Shown in pieces: positions 41,191 to 56,195 of a stretch of 64,000 nucleotides of DNA. Below the pieces are notes generated by a model. That model saw nothing but the letters and a program-made list of their open reading frames with translations, did not search any database and was not told the DNA's origin. Made by a program: the position numbers and the translations under genes. Source of the DNA: the human T2T-CHM13v2.0 reference genome, Homo sapiens. The stretch lies in assembly GCF_009914755.1 (NCBI RefSeq), contig NC_060937.1; one strand, written 5' to 3'. Positions within the stretch are counted from its first letter, which is position 1. Every line of letters starts with the position of its first letter.

Positions 41191-43384
41191 CTGATTAAGC
41201 TAGTGGTTTTGCATGGGCTGCAGATCTCTGGATTCCATATATTCAATAAAACTGTTTCCAAAATAATAACTTTTTCTTATTCATTCGCTATTTATTTGGT
41301 ACTTTCTCTGCATCCATGTATTTTTTGAAGGGTTCTTACTTCAATGGACTTATATTATTAAGGCAGCAAAAGAAAATAATTTAAAAAAGCAAAAACAAAT
41401 ATGTCGCCACCAAACAAATGAAAAACAATAAATAAGAAAACATATCAGCTAACTATGTGTTTTTTGTTTGTTCGTTTGTTTGTTTTGAAGGGAGTGTGGC
41501 CACAATATCTGGAAATACTGCTAAAGAAGTAAGAACACAAGTGAAGATTGAACTTGAAGATTAGGGATACCCTTTTTGTAAACAGTAGATGAAAAAGGAA
41601 TGTATAGTCAGGGAATGGAGACACCATTGAAATAGAAGAGATTTCAACATGCTTCAATATAAAAAGAAGAGTTTTCTAGAAAGGTGTGGCTCTAGATCAG
41701 AAATATGAGGTCAAGGGAAATTTATTTCTCATCTCACATGGAGAATACTAAGAAGTGTTATAGGAAAGAGAAAATAAACATATGATGCAACAGAGAGAGA
41801 TAGTAAGTCCTTGAGAAGACACAAAGAAAGGAGGAAGGGAACAGGACTGACGTTTTATGCTGTGTGGTTTAAATGTTCGGATATTCGTATTCATATTTTT
41901 TACTTCCATGTTATTTGTCCTCTAGAAAACTGAATTTGAAGACTTCTGGTAATGTCTGGATATGAAGTTTATTTAGACACTGGTTAAGCAGGTTACATAT
42001 GGGTCAGAATATTGGAGAATACATATTTTGATTCTAAAGAAAGTATTTAGATTTTAGGTATTTAGACCGTAAGTATTTAGACTTCCAAGGTTTGACATGG
42101 GGTAACAAGAAATTTTCTCATTACCTATGTAAAATACCAAATGTTGAGACAAATATCCCAAACAGAATACAAACAACTTTCAGAAAAAAAATTAAAATTT
42201 GCAGCTGGGAGCCTTCTCCTCTAGCTTATTTTTCTACGTCTCCCTCTACACCAGCCCCATTCTACAACTTTGCCATGCAGTAATGAATATTACTAGTTAG
42301 TGTTGGGAGTGAGTAAACTGGGAAGGTATTTCAACTAAATTTGACCACATAAGCTACTTGTGCAAACTTTTCTCTGTGAGTTAAAGGTGAGTGGGGCATT
42401 AACTTATTTCATTACATTGGGATGTGTCCTCTGACCAATACAATCCTCTCAGACAATTTAATAACACAGGTTACCCTAGATCAAGATATATAGTGTTGGA
42501 GGCAGGGATCTTAGTTGTCTTAGAACATAATTTCACATTACTGAAAGAGTAGATTCCAAATAAACCAACATCATGTCAAAGGTCTCCTGCAGTAAAGACC
42601 TGCATGTTCTGCCACTGTGTCTTTTGTTCTAACACATTGCCGTGCCTTAATGTTTCCAGGCATAAATATCTGGAAATATTAAGATCCTCAACTTTTAAAT
42701 ATGCAGCTTTCTAAGAGTAAAACATATCTATTTTAAAATATATTTGCCATGAAAAGGAGATCTGCCATTTTTCACTTCTCTTTCTACAAATTTCTCTCTC
42801 TAATTGTACAAACAATGGCTTGTCTCTTATCCATTTTTATTTTTTTAACCAATAGGGTGATAGTTATGTGCTGATTTGCTAATGAGAGTATGGCTTATGC
42901 TTGTTTTTCTTGTTTACTTATTAATATTGCCTATGTGTATTCTTTATTTGGATGATAAACTATATAGTCACTCTAACTACGATGCTTTGCCCTGAAGGCA
43001 AATAACCCTGAGACACCCTTAGAGAGAAATAAAAGTGCTAAAGTTGGTATTGCAAAAGTGAATGGCATTAATGGCTGGGTAATAAATCCTTTTGTTCAGG
43101 TTTCCCATTATTTACTTTCAACACAATGAAGGGAAAACCTAATAGAGTTGTCAGATGACAGATTATTAAAAATAATTTTGAAGATAGATAGCTATGTAAT
43201 TTGGGGCATATAACTATTAAGAAGTTCAAAGAGCCAAGAAACCTTGCTATAATAAAATAGCTTCCATTACCATCTGTTTTTGTGATCACATTTTCTCGGC
43301 ACCTACCTAAAAAAAAAAAGAAAAAGAAAAGAGAATATAGGAATAAAATTGATGGTGAATACTGTCTCATTCAAGTAACAAACA

Positions 43385-46373
43385 CAGCAATACCTCATTT
43401 TATTGTGCTTCACTTTATTGCACTTTGCAGATATTGTGTTTTCTACAAATTGAAGGTTGGTGGCAACCCTGAACTGTACAAGTCTATTGACACTATTTTT
43501 TTCAATAGAATGTGTTCACTTTCTCTCTCTGATGCACTTTGGTAATTTTCACAATATTTTGAACTTTTTCATTATTATTATATCTATTATGGTAATGTGG
43601 GATCAGTGATATTTGGTGTTACTATTATTATTGTTTCCAGGAGACATAAATCTGGCCCATATAAAAGAGCAAACTTAATAGAAAAATATGTGTATTCCAA
43701 CTGCTCCATCGGCCAGATAGTCACTCATCTCTCTCCTTTTTGTTGGACCTCTCTATTCCCTGAGACACAACAATATTGAAATTAAGCCAATCAATAACTC
43801 TGCAATAGTCTGTAAATGTTCAAATGAAAGGTTCTCTCACTTTAGACCAAAAACTAGAAATTATTAAACATTGTGAGAAAGGCATGTCAGAAGCTAAAAC
43901 TAGGCCTCTTGAACCCAGTTGGCCAAGTTGTGAATGGAAATAAAAGATTCTTGAAGAAAATTAAAAGTCCTATTCTAGTGAACCCATGAATTATAAGAAA
44001 GCAAAAAAGTCTTACTGATAGTAAAGGGAAAGTTTTAGTGGCCTGGATAGAAGATCAAACCAGCCACACCATTCCCTTAAGCTAAAGCCTAATCCAAAGC
44101 AAGAACCTTAATTCTATCCTCCTCAATTCTATGAAGGCAGAAAGGAGTGAGGAAGCTTCAGAAGAAAAATCTGAAGCTAGCAGAATTGGTTCATGAGGTT
44201 TAAGAAAAGAAGCCATTTCCATAACATAACAGTGCAAGGTGAAGCAGCAAGTGCTGATGTAGAGGCTGCAGGAAGTTATTCAGAAAATCTAACTGAGATC
44301 ATTGATAAAGGTGATGCACTAAACAACACTTTTTTAAAATTTTAAATATTTCATTATTATACATATATAACAGTTGTATATGTTTATAGGGCACATGTGA
44401 TGTTTTGGTACGAGCATACAATGTGTGATGATTGAATCAAGGTAACTGAAGTCTCTATCACTTCAATTATTTATCTTTTCCTTGTGTTAGGAACATTCCA
44501 ATTCCACTCTTCTAGATAATTTAAAATATACAATAAATTTCTGTTAACTATCGCCACTCTGTTGTACTACCGAATACTAGATTTAATTCACTCTATCTAA
44601 CCGTATTTTGTACTCATTAACCATCCCCACTTTATCCCATCCTTCCTACTATTCTGTCTGATAATCATCATTGTACTTCCAATTTCCATGAGTTTATTTT
44701 TTTTACTTCTCACGTATGAGTGCAAATACATGATATTTGTATTTCTGTGCCTGTCTTCTTTCATTTAACATAATGTCCTCCAGTTCCAACCATGTTATTG
44801 CAAATGAGATAATTTAATTTTTATGGTTGAATAATATTCCATTGTGTATCTGGACCATATTTTCTTTTTCTATTCTACCATTGATGAACACTTAGGTTGA
44901 TTTCAAATCTTGGTTATTGTGAACAGTGCTGAAATCAACATGGGACTGAAGATATCTCTACAATAAACTGATTTCTTTCTTTTGGGTATGTACCTCATAG
45001 TAGAATTGCTGAATCATGTAGTAGTTCTAATTTTTAGTTCTTTGAGGAGCCTCCATACTGTTCTCCAAGGTGGCTGTACTAATTTATATTCCCACCAACA
45101 ACCTCTCTCCACAAGAAGAGGACTCCCCATTCTCCACATCCTTGTTAGCACTGGTTATTTTCCATCTTTTGGACAAAAGTCATTTTAACTGGGGTGAGGT
45201 GATATCTCATTGTATAATAATTTTGATTTGCATTTCTCTGATTATTAGTGATATTGAGCATTTCTTATATACTTGTTGGTCATTTGTATATCTTATTTTG
45301 AGAAATATCTATTCACATCTTTTGCCCATTTTTAATCGGATTATTTTCTATAGAGTTGTTTGAGCTCCTTATATATGCTAGTTATTAATTCCTTGTCAAA
45401 TGAGTAGTTTGCAAATATTTTCTCCCATTAGGTGGGTGGTGTTTTCACTTTGTTGATTGTTTCCTTTGCTATGCAGAAACTTTTTAGCTAAATGTGGTCC
45501 CATTTGTCCATTTTTGCTTTGGTTGCTTGTACTTTTGAGATCTTACTCAAAAAGTTTTTGCAAAGACCGACGTCCTGGAGTTAGACATCCAGTTTTCAAT
45601 GTAGAACGAAGCCTTTTAGTGGGAAGAAAAATGTCATCTAGGAGTTTCCTACATAGGGAGAAATCAATGACTGGCTTCAAAACTTCAAAGATCAGGCTGA
45701 CTCTCTTGTTAGTGGCTAATGCATCTGGTGACTTGAAGTTGAAGTCAAAGCTCATGTATCATTCTGAAAATCCTAGAACCATTAAAAATTATGCTAAATC
45801 TACTCTATGTCCTATAAATGAATCAACAAAGCCTGAATGATAGCATATCTGTTTATAGCATGGTTTGCTGAATATTTTAAGCCCACATTGAGACCTACTG
45901 CTCAGAGACAAATATTTCTTTCAAAATATTACAACTAACATTGTACCTGGTTGCCCAAAAGCTCTGAAGGAAATGTACAAAAAGATTAATGATGTGTTCA
46001 TGCCCACTAACAGAACATTCATTCTACAGCCCATGGCTCAAGGAGTAATTTTGATCTTCAAGTGTTATTAGTTAAGAAATACATTTCAAAAGGCTGTAGC
46101 TGCCATAAATAGTGATTCCTTGATGGACATGGGTAAAATAAATTGAAAATCGCATGATTGTTAGCATGTTGTATCAATAAAATATTTTCAAATTAAGATA
46201 CGTACTTTTTTTACATATAATGCTGTTGCACATTTAATAGACTATAGTATAATGTAAACATAACTTTTATAAGCACTGGGAAACCAAAAAATTTGTGTGA
46301 CTTGCTTTATTGTAATATTGGCTTTATTGTCATGGTCTAAAATCAAATACACAATCTCTCCAAAGTATGCCTA
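43385..46373 (+). mobile_element. Tigger1 DNA transposon with both ends, internally deleted, interrupted by L1MA
   Basis: TIR-like ends cagcaatacctc... / ...aagtatgcct followed by TA; transposase remnant ...SMTGFKTSKIRLTLLLVANASGDLKLKSKLMYHSENPR in ORF 45457-45840. Confidence 0.9.
44330..45580 (-). mobile_element. L1MA 3' ~1.25 kb nested in Tigger1
   Basis: gttgtatatgtttatagggcacatgtgatgttttggtac...; Tigger1 sequence resumes ttttcaatgtaga at ~45592. Confidence 0.85.
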
Positions 46374-47824
46374 TAGTAATTAACCATGGACATGTAGTAA
46401 AGCCCTATTAATATCATTAAGGGATTTAGTTTAAGAAAATGTAAAATTATTATAATAAACACTTAACAAAAATTTTAATGTAATTATATTACTTTAATTC
46501 ATCATGTGCTACTAATTATAATGATAATTTTGGCTTTATACTCCTTATAATCAGCACTTTACATGGGAACTATACTGTATCATTAAAGACACTAAAGAGA
46601 AAATTTTAAGTTTATTCTAGCATGGTATATCAAAATTTAGTGTTATTTAGGATGTTTTATATAACTATCTTTCAAATTTACAGTTTGTATTAGTGAAATA
46701 TTGCAAATATACAGAATTATTGTTGGTATCAAATATTGGAAGACATCATTTTTTTCACATGTAAGTTATAGTATATTTTGCTTTTTTGTGTACTCTTGAG
46801 CAGCAACAAATTCAGAACACATTTGAGATAACTATATTATTAAGCATTTTGATTTTTATATCATTAGTTTTAAAATGTATTTTAATATTAATTTTTTAAA
46901 TTCCAATATTTTATGCCAAATTTTCATGGATTTCAATTTTTAATGTATTTTATAATTTATCATTTTTATGAATTATCTAAAAATCAAAGTGATCATTTAT
47001 TATTTCATTTCTTATAGTTTTCTTTTAATAAATTTCTGCTTTTGCTATAATCTGAGAATGTTAGAATTTGCTTCTTAATATCAGAAAAATGTTTTATAAA
47101 TGTATATCAAATTTGTTTTACATGCCAATTACATTTACCTGAAATTTATCTTATTTTTAAAAATACATAAATTTATATTTGGCAAACAAAGTTACCTATA
47201 TGCTTCCAAGCTAGAATCATTAATTTATTCTTATTTTTTAGTTGATGTATCAAAACATTTTTCTAAGTTGTTATAAAAATTGTCTATTTTCAAATCACCT
47301 TTCTCTAAGCCAGATCCCAAAGAATCCTTCTGTGTCTATTTCACTGGACTCAAGATAAATTGTGACGGAAGAAAAGTCAGAGGAAAGGAGAAAGGCCTTG
47401 AGTGATGTTTCCTTAGTTTCATAGTACATGAAAAATTTTTATTCCTTATTTGCATTATTCATTATAAGTATACCATGAACTACTGGCAAATTTTTAAATT
47501 TTTAAAAATTATATGTATACACACACAGACACATAAAAATTTGCCACATAGTGTGTCTTTGAGAGCTCTCCAACTTCTTTCTGGATGGGGATTGCTACCA
47601 CAGTAGAAATCATTGAATTTCCATAAGATGCACTGTGTTTAAATCAATACAGACTGTGTTTTCACTGTCTTAACTAACTATGTTCTTTTATAACTTGATA
47701 GTGTTTAAACATTCATCTGCCATTTCAATGGTAAATGCTTTCCGGAATTAATATACAGGGCTCACCTACCATAGATTTTCACTGAATAGAGTTCAAGAAG
47801 GTATGTTGAAAAGTTTTGCCTTCT

Positions 47825-47991
47825 CTTTCTTTTCGTTTTCTTTTCTTTTCTTTCTTTTTTTTTCTTTTTTTTTTTTTAGATAGGGTCTTACTATGCTGCC
47901 CAGACTGCTCTCAAACTCCTGGGCCCAAGCGATCCTCCTGCCTCAGCCTCCTGAGTTGCTGAAACTATAGGCACACACAAATGCAACCAGC
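47825..47991 (-). mobile_element. FLAM (free left Alu monomer) with a (TTTC)n/T tail
   Basis: agggtcttactatgctgcccagactgctctcaaactcctgggcccaagcgatcctcctgcctcagcc. Confidence 0.8.
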
Positions 47992-48046
47992 TTAATATTA
48001 TATCTGAACAAAAATCAAGAACAGAACAAAAAGATCCAAGAGATAG

Positions 48047-48358
<312 letters not shown>

Positions 48359-50055
48359 TAAGCAATCTTTGGTTAAAGGAGTTAAAGCTTAAAGCCTACA
48401 ATTCAGAGATTCTGCACTTTCAATTGACACTCAGCAATGGTGAAAGATGGTAGCTATCCATCCACATGCTTTTACTTTAATTCCTTTTAACTGAACTTGG
48501 AGTTTCAGTCAATATTCATAAAAGAGAAAGAAATTATTTCACCTGAATAAATATTTTTAAATAACTATTATGTAATCCAAATGAACTATTATGTAATCAA
48601 AAATAATGTAATCTTAATAAAGTTGCTATATTAGAATTTAAAGAGAATACCACTCAGAATAAAAGTAAAAATCACATTTCAAAACATTTTTAGAAATTGT
48701 GATAAATCTAAGCCTTAAAGTTTGTGTGAAAATTTATAATACTTGTCAGAAATCCAGCAAAATTTTTACAGAAGTCTACTAAGTATAATATTTTATTATA
48801 CATGATGTACTTAGGGAAAAATTAAGAAATAAATGTCCTGTCTTTAAGGCTCTTGCAATATAGTTAAGAAAAAAAAATATGTTCTTATGGTGACACAAAA
48901 AATTTGTAGTACAAAATAATTTAGAAATCCAGTAAACACTTGAGATTTAATTACTGCTAGAGATCTTTAAAAATATCAGGAATTGAACATTGCACTACTT
49001 GTAATGCTACATTAATTATTTATGAGAGTAGTATATTTATTAATAAATCTGTGTATAATCTGTGCTACTGGAAGCTATTATTACAACAGGTTTTACATTT
49101 TTATTAGTGAAATATTGACAAAACACATTAATTCTTGAAACATGAAACTTTTCGAGAAGTTGAAACTGTTAAAATCCAACTTAAAATTGTATAACTGAGG
49201 CAAAAAACAGTCAAATATATGATATTGAATAGTTATGGTTTATCTAAAATCCAAATTTAACTGTGTATGTTGAAATATTGTTTGCTCAATCTGCAACCTT
49301 ACTCTAGTTTCTGTTGAAGAAATTGATAAATGTGTATATATATATCATAAACAAAATACAGCATCCTTGTCTTTTCAAATTAATGATATAGAGATAATTT
49401 CATATCTATTGATATCATTTTGCTTGATTATTTAACTATTACATAGCATGCTCTAGCATTTACATAACTATTTATTTAAAGATTTCTCTACTAAAAGCCA
49501 TCTTGATTTTACAGATATTGTGCAATCACACATTAAGAAAAATCTAACAGTATATTATTTCACATGTTCTTTTGGGTGTATGGACAAATATCTATCAAGA
49601 GTAAATATCAAAAAGGGAAGTCTTGTGTCAAAATTCAGACATATTTTATTTGAAAAAATATTGACTTTTCTATCATAATGTTTACCCAATATATACTAAT
49701 GATTACATGTTCAATCTGATTTTATTTTGAATTTTGATGGTAAAAAGTAATAATTTGAAACATTTTGTTTTTTCTGATCCATGATGCTAATCATCTTTTC
49801 AGATTTTTATTACTCATTTATATTTAGTTTGACTATGCATCTATTAATTTTTTTAATTTTTAATTTTTGTCAAATTTTTAATATGTTGTATAATAATACT
49901 TGTTTAAAACATAGCTAATGATTTCTTTCAATCTGCCTCTTGATATGTAACTTTATGGTAGTATCCTTTGCTTTATAGGTGTTTATTAATGTCATGAAAT
50001 CTAACAGTACTTGTTTTTATGTGTATTTTCACACTATTTTGAGAAAGAAGATATC

Positions 50056-50858
50056 TGTGATAGGCTGACTAATAATGCCCAAGATCTCCATATCCTAATA
50101 TGTTAATTAAATTGGCAAAAGGGACTTTGCAGATTTGATTAAATTAAGGATATTGAAGTGTAAAGATATCCAGAATTATGGTCCTATGTAACGACAAGGG
50201 TCTTTATGAGAGAGAATGCATTCTGAAAACATAGCAAAGAGAGATTTGAAGATGCTGCACTGATGGCTTTGAACAAAGATTGTTGTGGTCTTAATGGTTG
50301 CGTCTTTCTCAAAATGTATCCAATGCAATCTATTAGGAAGTAGGAACTTTGGGAGGTCATTAGATGATGAGGGTGGGGCCCTCATGAATAGAATAGTGCC
50401 CTTATAGGCCCCAGAGAGATGCCTTGCTTTTTCCACCAAAAGAAGACGCAGCTAAAAGGCAATATTATGAACCAGAATGTAGGCCCCTGCTAGTTACTGA
50501 AATCTTTTCATGCCTTGATCTTGGACTTCTCAATCTCCAGAACTGTGAGAAATAAATTTTTGTTGTTCATAAGTTACTCAGTTTATGGCATTTTATCATA
50601 GCAGTCCAAATGGACTAAGACAAAAGTGGAGGAAGGTGCCATCAGACAAGAAATGCAGCTATAGAAGCTGCAAAAGGCAAGGAAACAGATTACCTCCTAG
50701 AGCCTGAAGAAAGAGTGAAGCCCTGCAGGTACCTTGATTTCAGACTAATAGAACCCACTTTGGACTTTGGCCTCTAAAATAATAAGAGAATAAATGTGTG
50801 TTACTTTCAGTCATCAAATTGGTGAAGTAATTGTTACAGCAGCAATAGAAGTCTAATG
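50056..50858 (+). mobile_element. MLT1D LTR split by a nested MaLR LTR
   Basis: ggcaaaagggactttgcagat...gaagatgctgcactgatggctttgaa [insert] tggaggaagg...ggaaacagattacctcctagagcc. Confidence 0.8.
50281..50622 (+). mobile_element. MLT1A/MSTD-type LTR nested in MLT1D
   Basis: tgttgtggtcttaatg...gagggtggggccctcatgaat...ccagaactgtgagaaataaa...ggactaagaca. Confidence 0.8.
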
Positions 50859-53800
50859 GAAAATGTATTCCAAATTGATAGCTTTTTCTTATTTATTCAA
50901 CTAACCATTTTGTAGTTTTTTGTTTAATCAATTTAAACCAGTTGCCAGTTTTGTAACCAACATGTTTTTGTAGTCTACATTTTTCCAAATAAATGGCCAT
51001 TGCTGCATTATTAATTATTAAAAATGCCTTTACTTGTCTGAATTTATTTTCCACTGTTTAATTAATATATATTTATAAAGTTGTTTCCAAATTTTCTCTG
51101 CTATGCCTTAGTTCTACTATAGAATTATATTATTGTGATAATAATACATTTTATAATTTTTTTTGTTACTTGGTAAGACAAAATTTTCTTATTTTTTTCT
51201 TTGAAAAAAATCTAAAATATTCTGGTACACTTATTCCAGAAACCCAAAAATAATCTTCACATCAATTATTTAAAAATTCTTATTAGAACAATAATTATGA
51301 GGATTTTTTAAACTCTCTTTTTCAAAGGGAAAATATTTGTCCTTTTCAGTGTTTGGAATGACCATCAATACTTCAAGCCCTCCAGTTTTTGTTTTGTTTT
51401 GTTTTGTTTTGTTTACTTTCTACTTTTGGAACTCGTATTCACTAATCATTAGAGCCCTGATGTAACTGCCAGTCTTCTGATTTTTTTAAAATTATACTTT
51501 AACTTCTGAAATCTTCATACAATGCTTATAAATACTTTATAAGACCAATTGTCATTTTTTAAATATGAGCATTTTTAGAACATATATCTCTGGCAAAGTC
51601 AGATCCAGCTGGGCTTATGGCTTCCGGTGTGGATGACTCTGACCAGGCTGAGAGCAGAGGTGTTAGCATTCAGGCCTCCCTGGTGAAGACTTTGCTTTGC
51701 TGCTATATCTTTCTCTTGGTTTTCCTCTTCTAAATTTATTTAAAAGCTTCTGTTACACAGAAAATTTCCTTAATTGACTTAGAGTGTATATATAAGCATT
51801 CATACTTGTAGCACATATTTTACTTTAGTGCATCTTTTTGTTTCATTTCATGAGGTATTTGTGTGGATAACACATTTCAGCAAGTTCTCAATTTACATTT
51901 TTTAATTTTTAATTTTTGTAGGTACACACTAGGTGTATAAACTTATGGAGTACGTGAGATGCTTTGATACAGTCATGCAATATATAATAATCATATCATG
52001 GAAAATGTGATATCCATCCCCTCAAGCATTCATCCTTCGTGTTACAAAAAAAGTACAATTGTACTCTTTCAGTTATTTTATATGTACAGTTAAATTATTA
52101 TTGACTATAGTTACCTTTCGGTACTACCAAATACTAGGTCTTATTCATTCATTCTAATTTTTTGCACCATTAACCATATCCATGGCCCCCAACTCCCCCA
52201 CTAGCTTAGCCAGCCTCTGCTAACCATCCTTCTACTCTGTCTCCATGTGTTCAATTGTTTTGACTTTTATTAGACTCCACAAATAAGTAAGAGCATGTGA
52301 TGTTTGTCTTTCCATACCTTGCTTATTTTACTTAACATTTTTCATCCATGTTGTTACAAATTACAGGATCTCATTCATTTTATGGCTGAATAGTACTCAT
52401 TATGTATATGTACATTTTGTTTATCAATTCATCTGTTGATGGATACTCATGTTGATTCCAAATTGTGGCTGTTGTGAACAGTGCTGCAACAAATGTGGGA
52501 GTACAGATGTCTCTCCAATATACTGATTTCATTTATTTTTGGTATATAGCCATAGTGAGATTTCTGGATTGCATGGTAGCTCTATTTTTAGGGTTTTTTT
52601 ATTGTACTAATTCACATGCCCATCAACAATATACGAGGATTCTCTTATCTCCACATTCTCACCAGCATTTGTTATTGCCTAACTTTTGGATAAAAGCCAT
52701 TTAACTGTGGTGAGATGATACCTCACTGTAGTTTTGTTTTTCATTTATCTGATGATCAATGATGTTGAACACCTTTTCATATGCCTATTTGCTATTGGTA
52801 TGTATTCTTTTGAGAAAAGTCTATTGAAATATTTTGCCCATTTTAAAATCAGATTATTAGATATTTTTCTACAGAGTTGTTTGTGCTCCTTATATATTTT
52901 CATTATTAATCCTTTGTCAGATAGGTAGTTTGTAAATATTTTCTCTCATTCTGTGGGTTGTCTTTTCATTTTGTTTGTTCTTTCCTTTGCTGTGTAGAAG
53001 CTTTTTGACTTGATGTGATCCCACTTGTCCACTTTTGCTTTGGTTGCCTGTGCTTGTGGGGTATATCTCAAGAAATTTTCACCTAGACCAATGTCCTTGT
53101 GTTGTTTCCCAATGTTTTCTTGTAGTAAATTTCATAGTTTGAAGTCTTAGATTTAAGTATTTAATCAATTTTGATTTTGTTTTTGTACATGAAGAGAGAC
53201 AGGAGTCTAGTTTCACTCTTCCGTATGCAGGTATCAAAATCTCCCAGGCCTATTTATTGAAGAAACTGTATTTTCCTCAATGTATGCTCTTGGTATCTTT
53301 GCCAAAAATGAATTTGCTGTAGGTCTGCACATTTGTTTCTGAGGTCTCTATTCTGTTTCATTTGTCTATATGTCTGTTTTTTAACCCAGTATCATGCTCT
53401 TTTCATTACTATAGTTCTATAGTATAATTTAAACTCTGGTAATGTGATTCCTCCAGTTTTGTTCTTTTTTCTCAGGATCGCTTTGGCCATTCTGGGTCTT
53501 TTGTGGTTTCATATACATTTTAGAATTGCTTTTATCTGTTTCTGTGAGTAATGTCGTTGGTATTTTGATAGGGGTTGCATTGAATCTGTAGATTGCTTTG
53601 GGTAGCATGGACATTTTAACAATATTAATTCTTCCAATTCATGGGCATGTAATGTCTTTCCATTTTTTGTGTGCTCTATTCAGTTTCTTTTATCAGTGTT
53701 TTATAATTTTCATTGTTGAGGTTTTTTACTTTGGTTTGATTACTAGGTATTTAGTTCTATTTGTGGCTATTGTGAATTGGATTAGTTTTATTGACTTATT

Positions 53801-53894
53801 TTAGACTGTTCCCTCTTGGTATAGAGAAATGCAAATAATTTTTGTATGTTGATGTTGTAGTCTGAACTTTACTAAATATGTTTATCATTTCTAA

Positions 53895-54299
<405 letters not shown>

Positions 54300-54406
54300 T
54301 AGGAACTCTAGTATGATGTTGAATAACAGTGGTAAACATGGGCATCCTTGTCATGTTCCAGATCTTAGAGGAAAAGCTTTTAGTTATTCCCCATTAAGTA
54401 TGATAC

Positions 54407-55006
54407 TGATAGCAACAGGAAACAGATTCCTAGGAGAAAGGGATGGGTCTCTGGTGAAACCCAATCTTCAAAACATGGACAGTTTAAAGCCTGAAAACTG
54501 AGCTGCCATTTCTGGATAGAGTCCACAACCAAAGTGAGAACTTCCATCCCCATCTTACTCACTCTCTTTTGATTGGGTTCTTCTGAATGATGCCTGTTAA
54601 CCAATCAAATGGTGCTTTTTCCAAGCCCACCCATGGACCAATCAGCATGCACTCCCCCATTCTAAGCATACAAAAACCCCAAACTCAGGCTCACAGGCAG
54701 CTACCTGCTTTCAGGTCCCCTCTTGCAGCTGAGAGCTTTCTTTCTACCACTCAATAAAATTCTACCCTGCCTTACTTGCTCTCCATTTTCCACATACCTC
54801 ATTCTTCTTGATCAGGGGACAAGAACCCAGAACTCGCCAAACTGTGGGAGCAAAAGAGCTGTAATGCTCCTGATTGCTGAGCTGTGATCTGTGTGAGTAA
54901 AAGAGCTGTAACACTCTGTCCTGCACACTGAACAACAGGAGAGAAATAACCACTGGATGCCACCTCCTCATGCTTGCCAAACTATGGGAGTAAAAAAGCC
55001 GTTACA
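54407..55006 (+). mobile_element. 5' LTR of the provirus
   Basis: tgatagc...gttaca; CCAAT boxes, aataaa, aaaagagctgtaa repeats. Confidence 0.9.
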
Positions 55007-55010
55007 TTTC

Positions 55011-55028
55011 TGGGGGCTTGTCCAGGAT
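55011..55028 (+). other. Primer binding site, tRNA-Pro
   Basis: tgggggcttgtccaggat vs TGGGGGCTCGTCCGGGAT; both mismatches are CpG transitions; lies 4 nt after the LTR end. Confidence 0.9.
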
Positions 55029-56195
55029 CTTCAGAAGGGGGAGTAAGAAAGGACTTATGACTCTACTTTAATTCTGAGGTTTCTTGTCTTCAGATATTTT
55101 CCTGAAGGCAGATAAAACACCAGGTCTCTGTCAGCCAGTTGAGAGTGGATAGCATGGCTGCTATCCACTACAAGACTCAGAGGACCAGCTTGCTGGGGAG
55201 GACTTTGTCAATTCCCCTTCACCCTTGGGTGTTGGGAATGTTGGCTGTGTTCCAATCCAGTGTCCCTTCATGAAAGTCTAGCCATCACATGGGAATAGAA
55301 CAATGTTCTGGTGCAACTGAAAGCATCTGGCCAAGGCCACAATTTGGTGGGACCTGAAGGCCCCTAGATTGACTCCAATTCCTGACAGTCCATTTAGGTG
55401 TCAAATAAAGACTTCCAGTCTTTCCTATATCATTTTCTTTCTTTGGAGACTGTCGTGGTTGCTATTCCCTCTTTATATACAATGGTGCAGGTTTTCTTAC
55501 AACCCAAAGAAATTATATTACTTGAGTAGAATGACCACTTGGCTTAGTCAAAAGGAGCATATTCCAGAACAACGCTGTTTCTGTTTATTCTTAGAAAAAG
55601 GAGGATGTGACAATTAAGAGAGTTTTCTTTCCCCTGATGAAAAAAACCATTAGCATAAGGCAAGAGTCTGTTTCCTCCAGGCCTCTTCCCTCCTTTATAT
55701 TTTAGGATTTTTTTGTTTGTTTTCACCATATCAGGAGTCAACATATCTTGTGAATACAAGGAGCTTTTCTATGTGAGGGATTCATTTTTTCTTTTTGAGA
55801 AGCATCTTATTAGACTAGGTCCCCAATTCCCAAGACTCCCTTTTATTTTCCCTTTTTTCAAGGAGGAGCTGGTTCCACAGCTTCACCTTAGCATTACTCC
55901 AATGTATTTTCCAAGGTTCAGTTTGGAGCCCTAAAAGGAGAACTAGGTCTGTGGAACCCAGAGCCAGTCAATAGTGGAAAGCTAGGGCACAGCACAGGTA
56001 AGCATAACTATCCCTGCCAACTAGGCCTTCCTGTTTCATGGGTGGAAGACTTGCTTGCATCCATGGCATAGATGAGGTCCAGGGAACCCAAAGGTTACTA
56101 GCAGGAGCAGGTCAGGGTGTGAGTAGGTAAGTGTGACTATCCCTGCTTTTGGACCCTCTTGCTCCATGGTTGGAGGTCACATTTGCATCCAAGGG

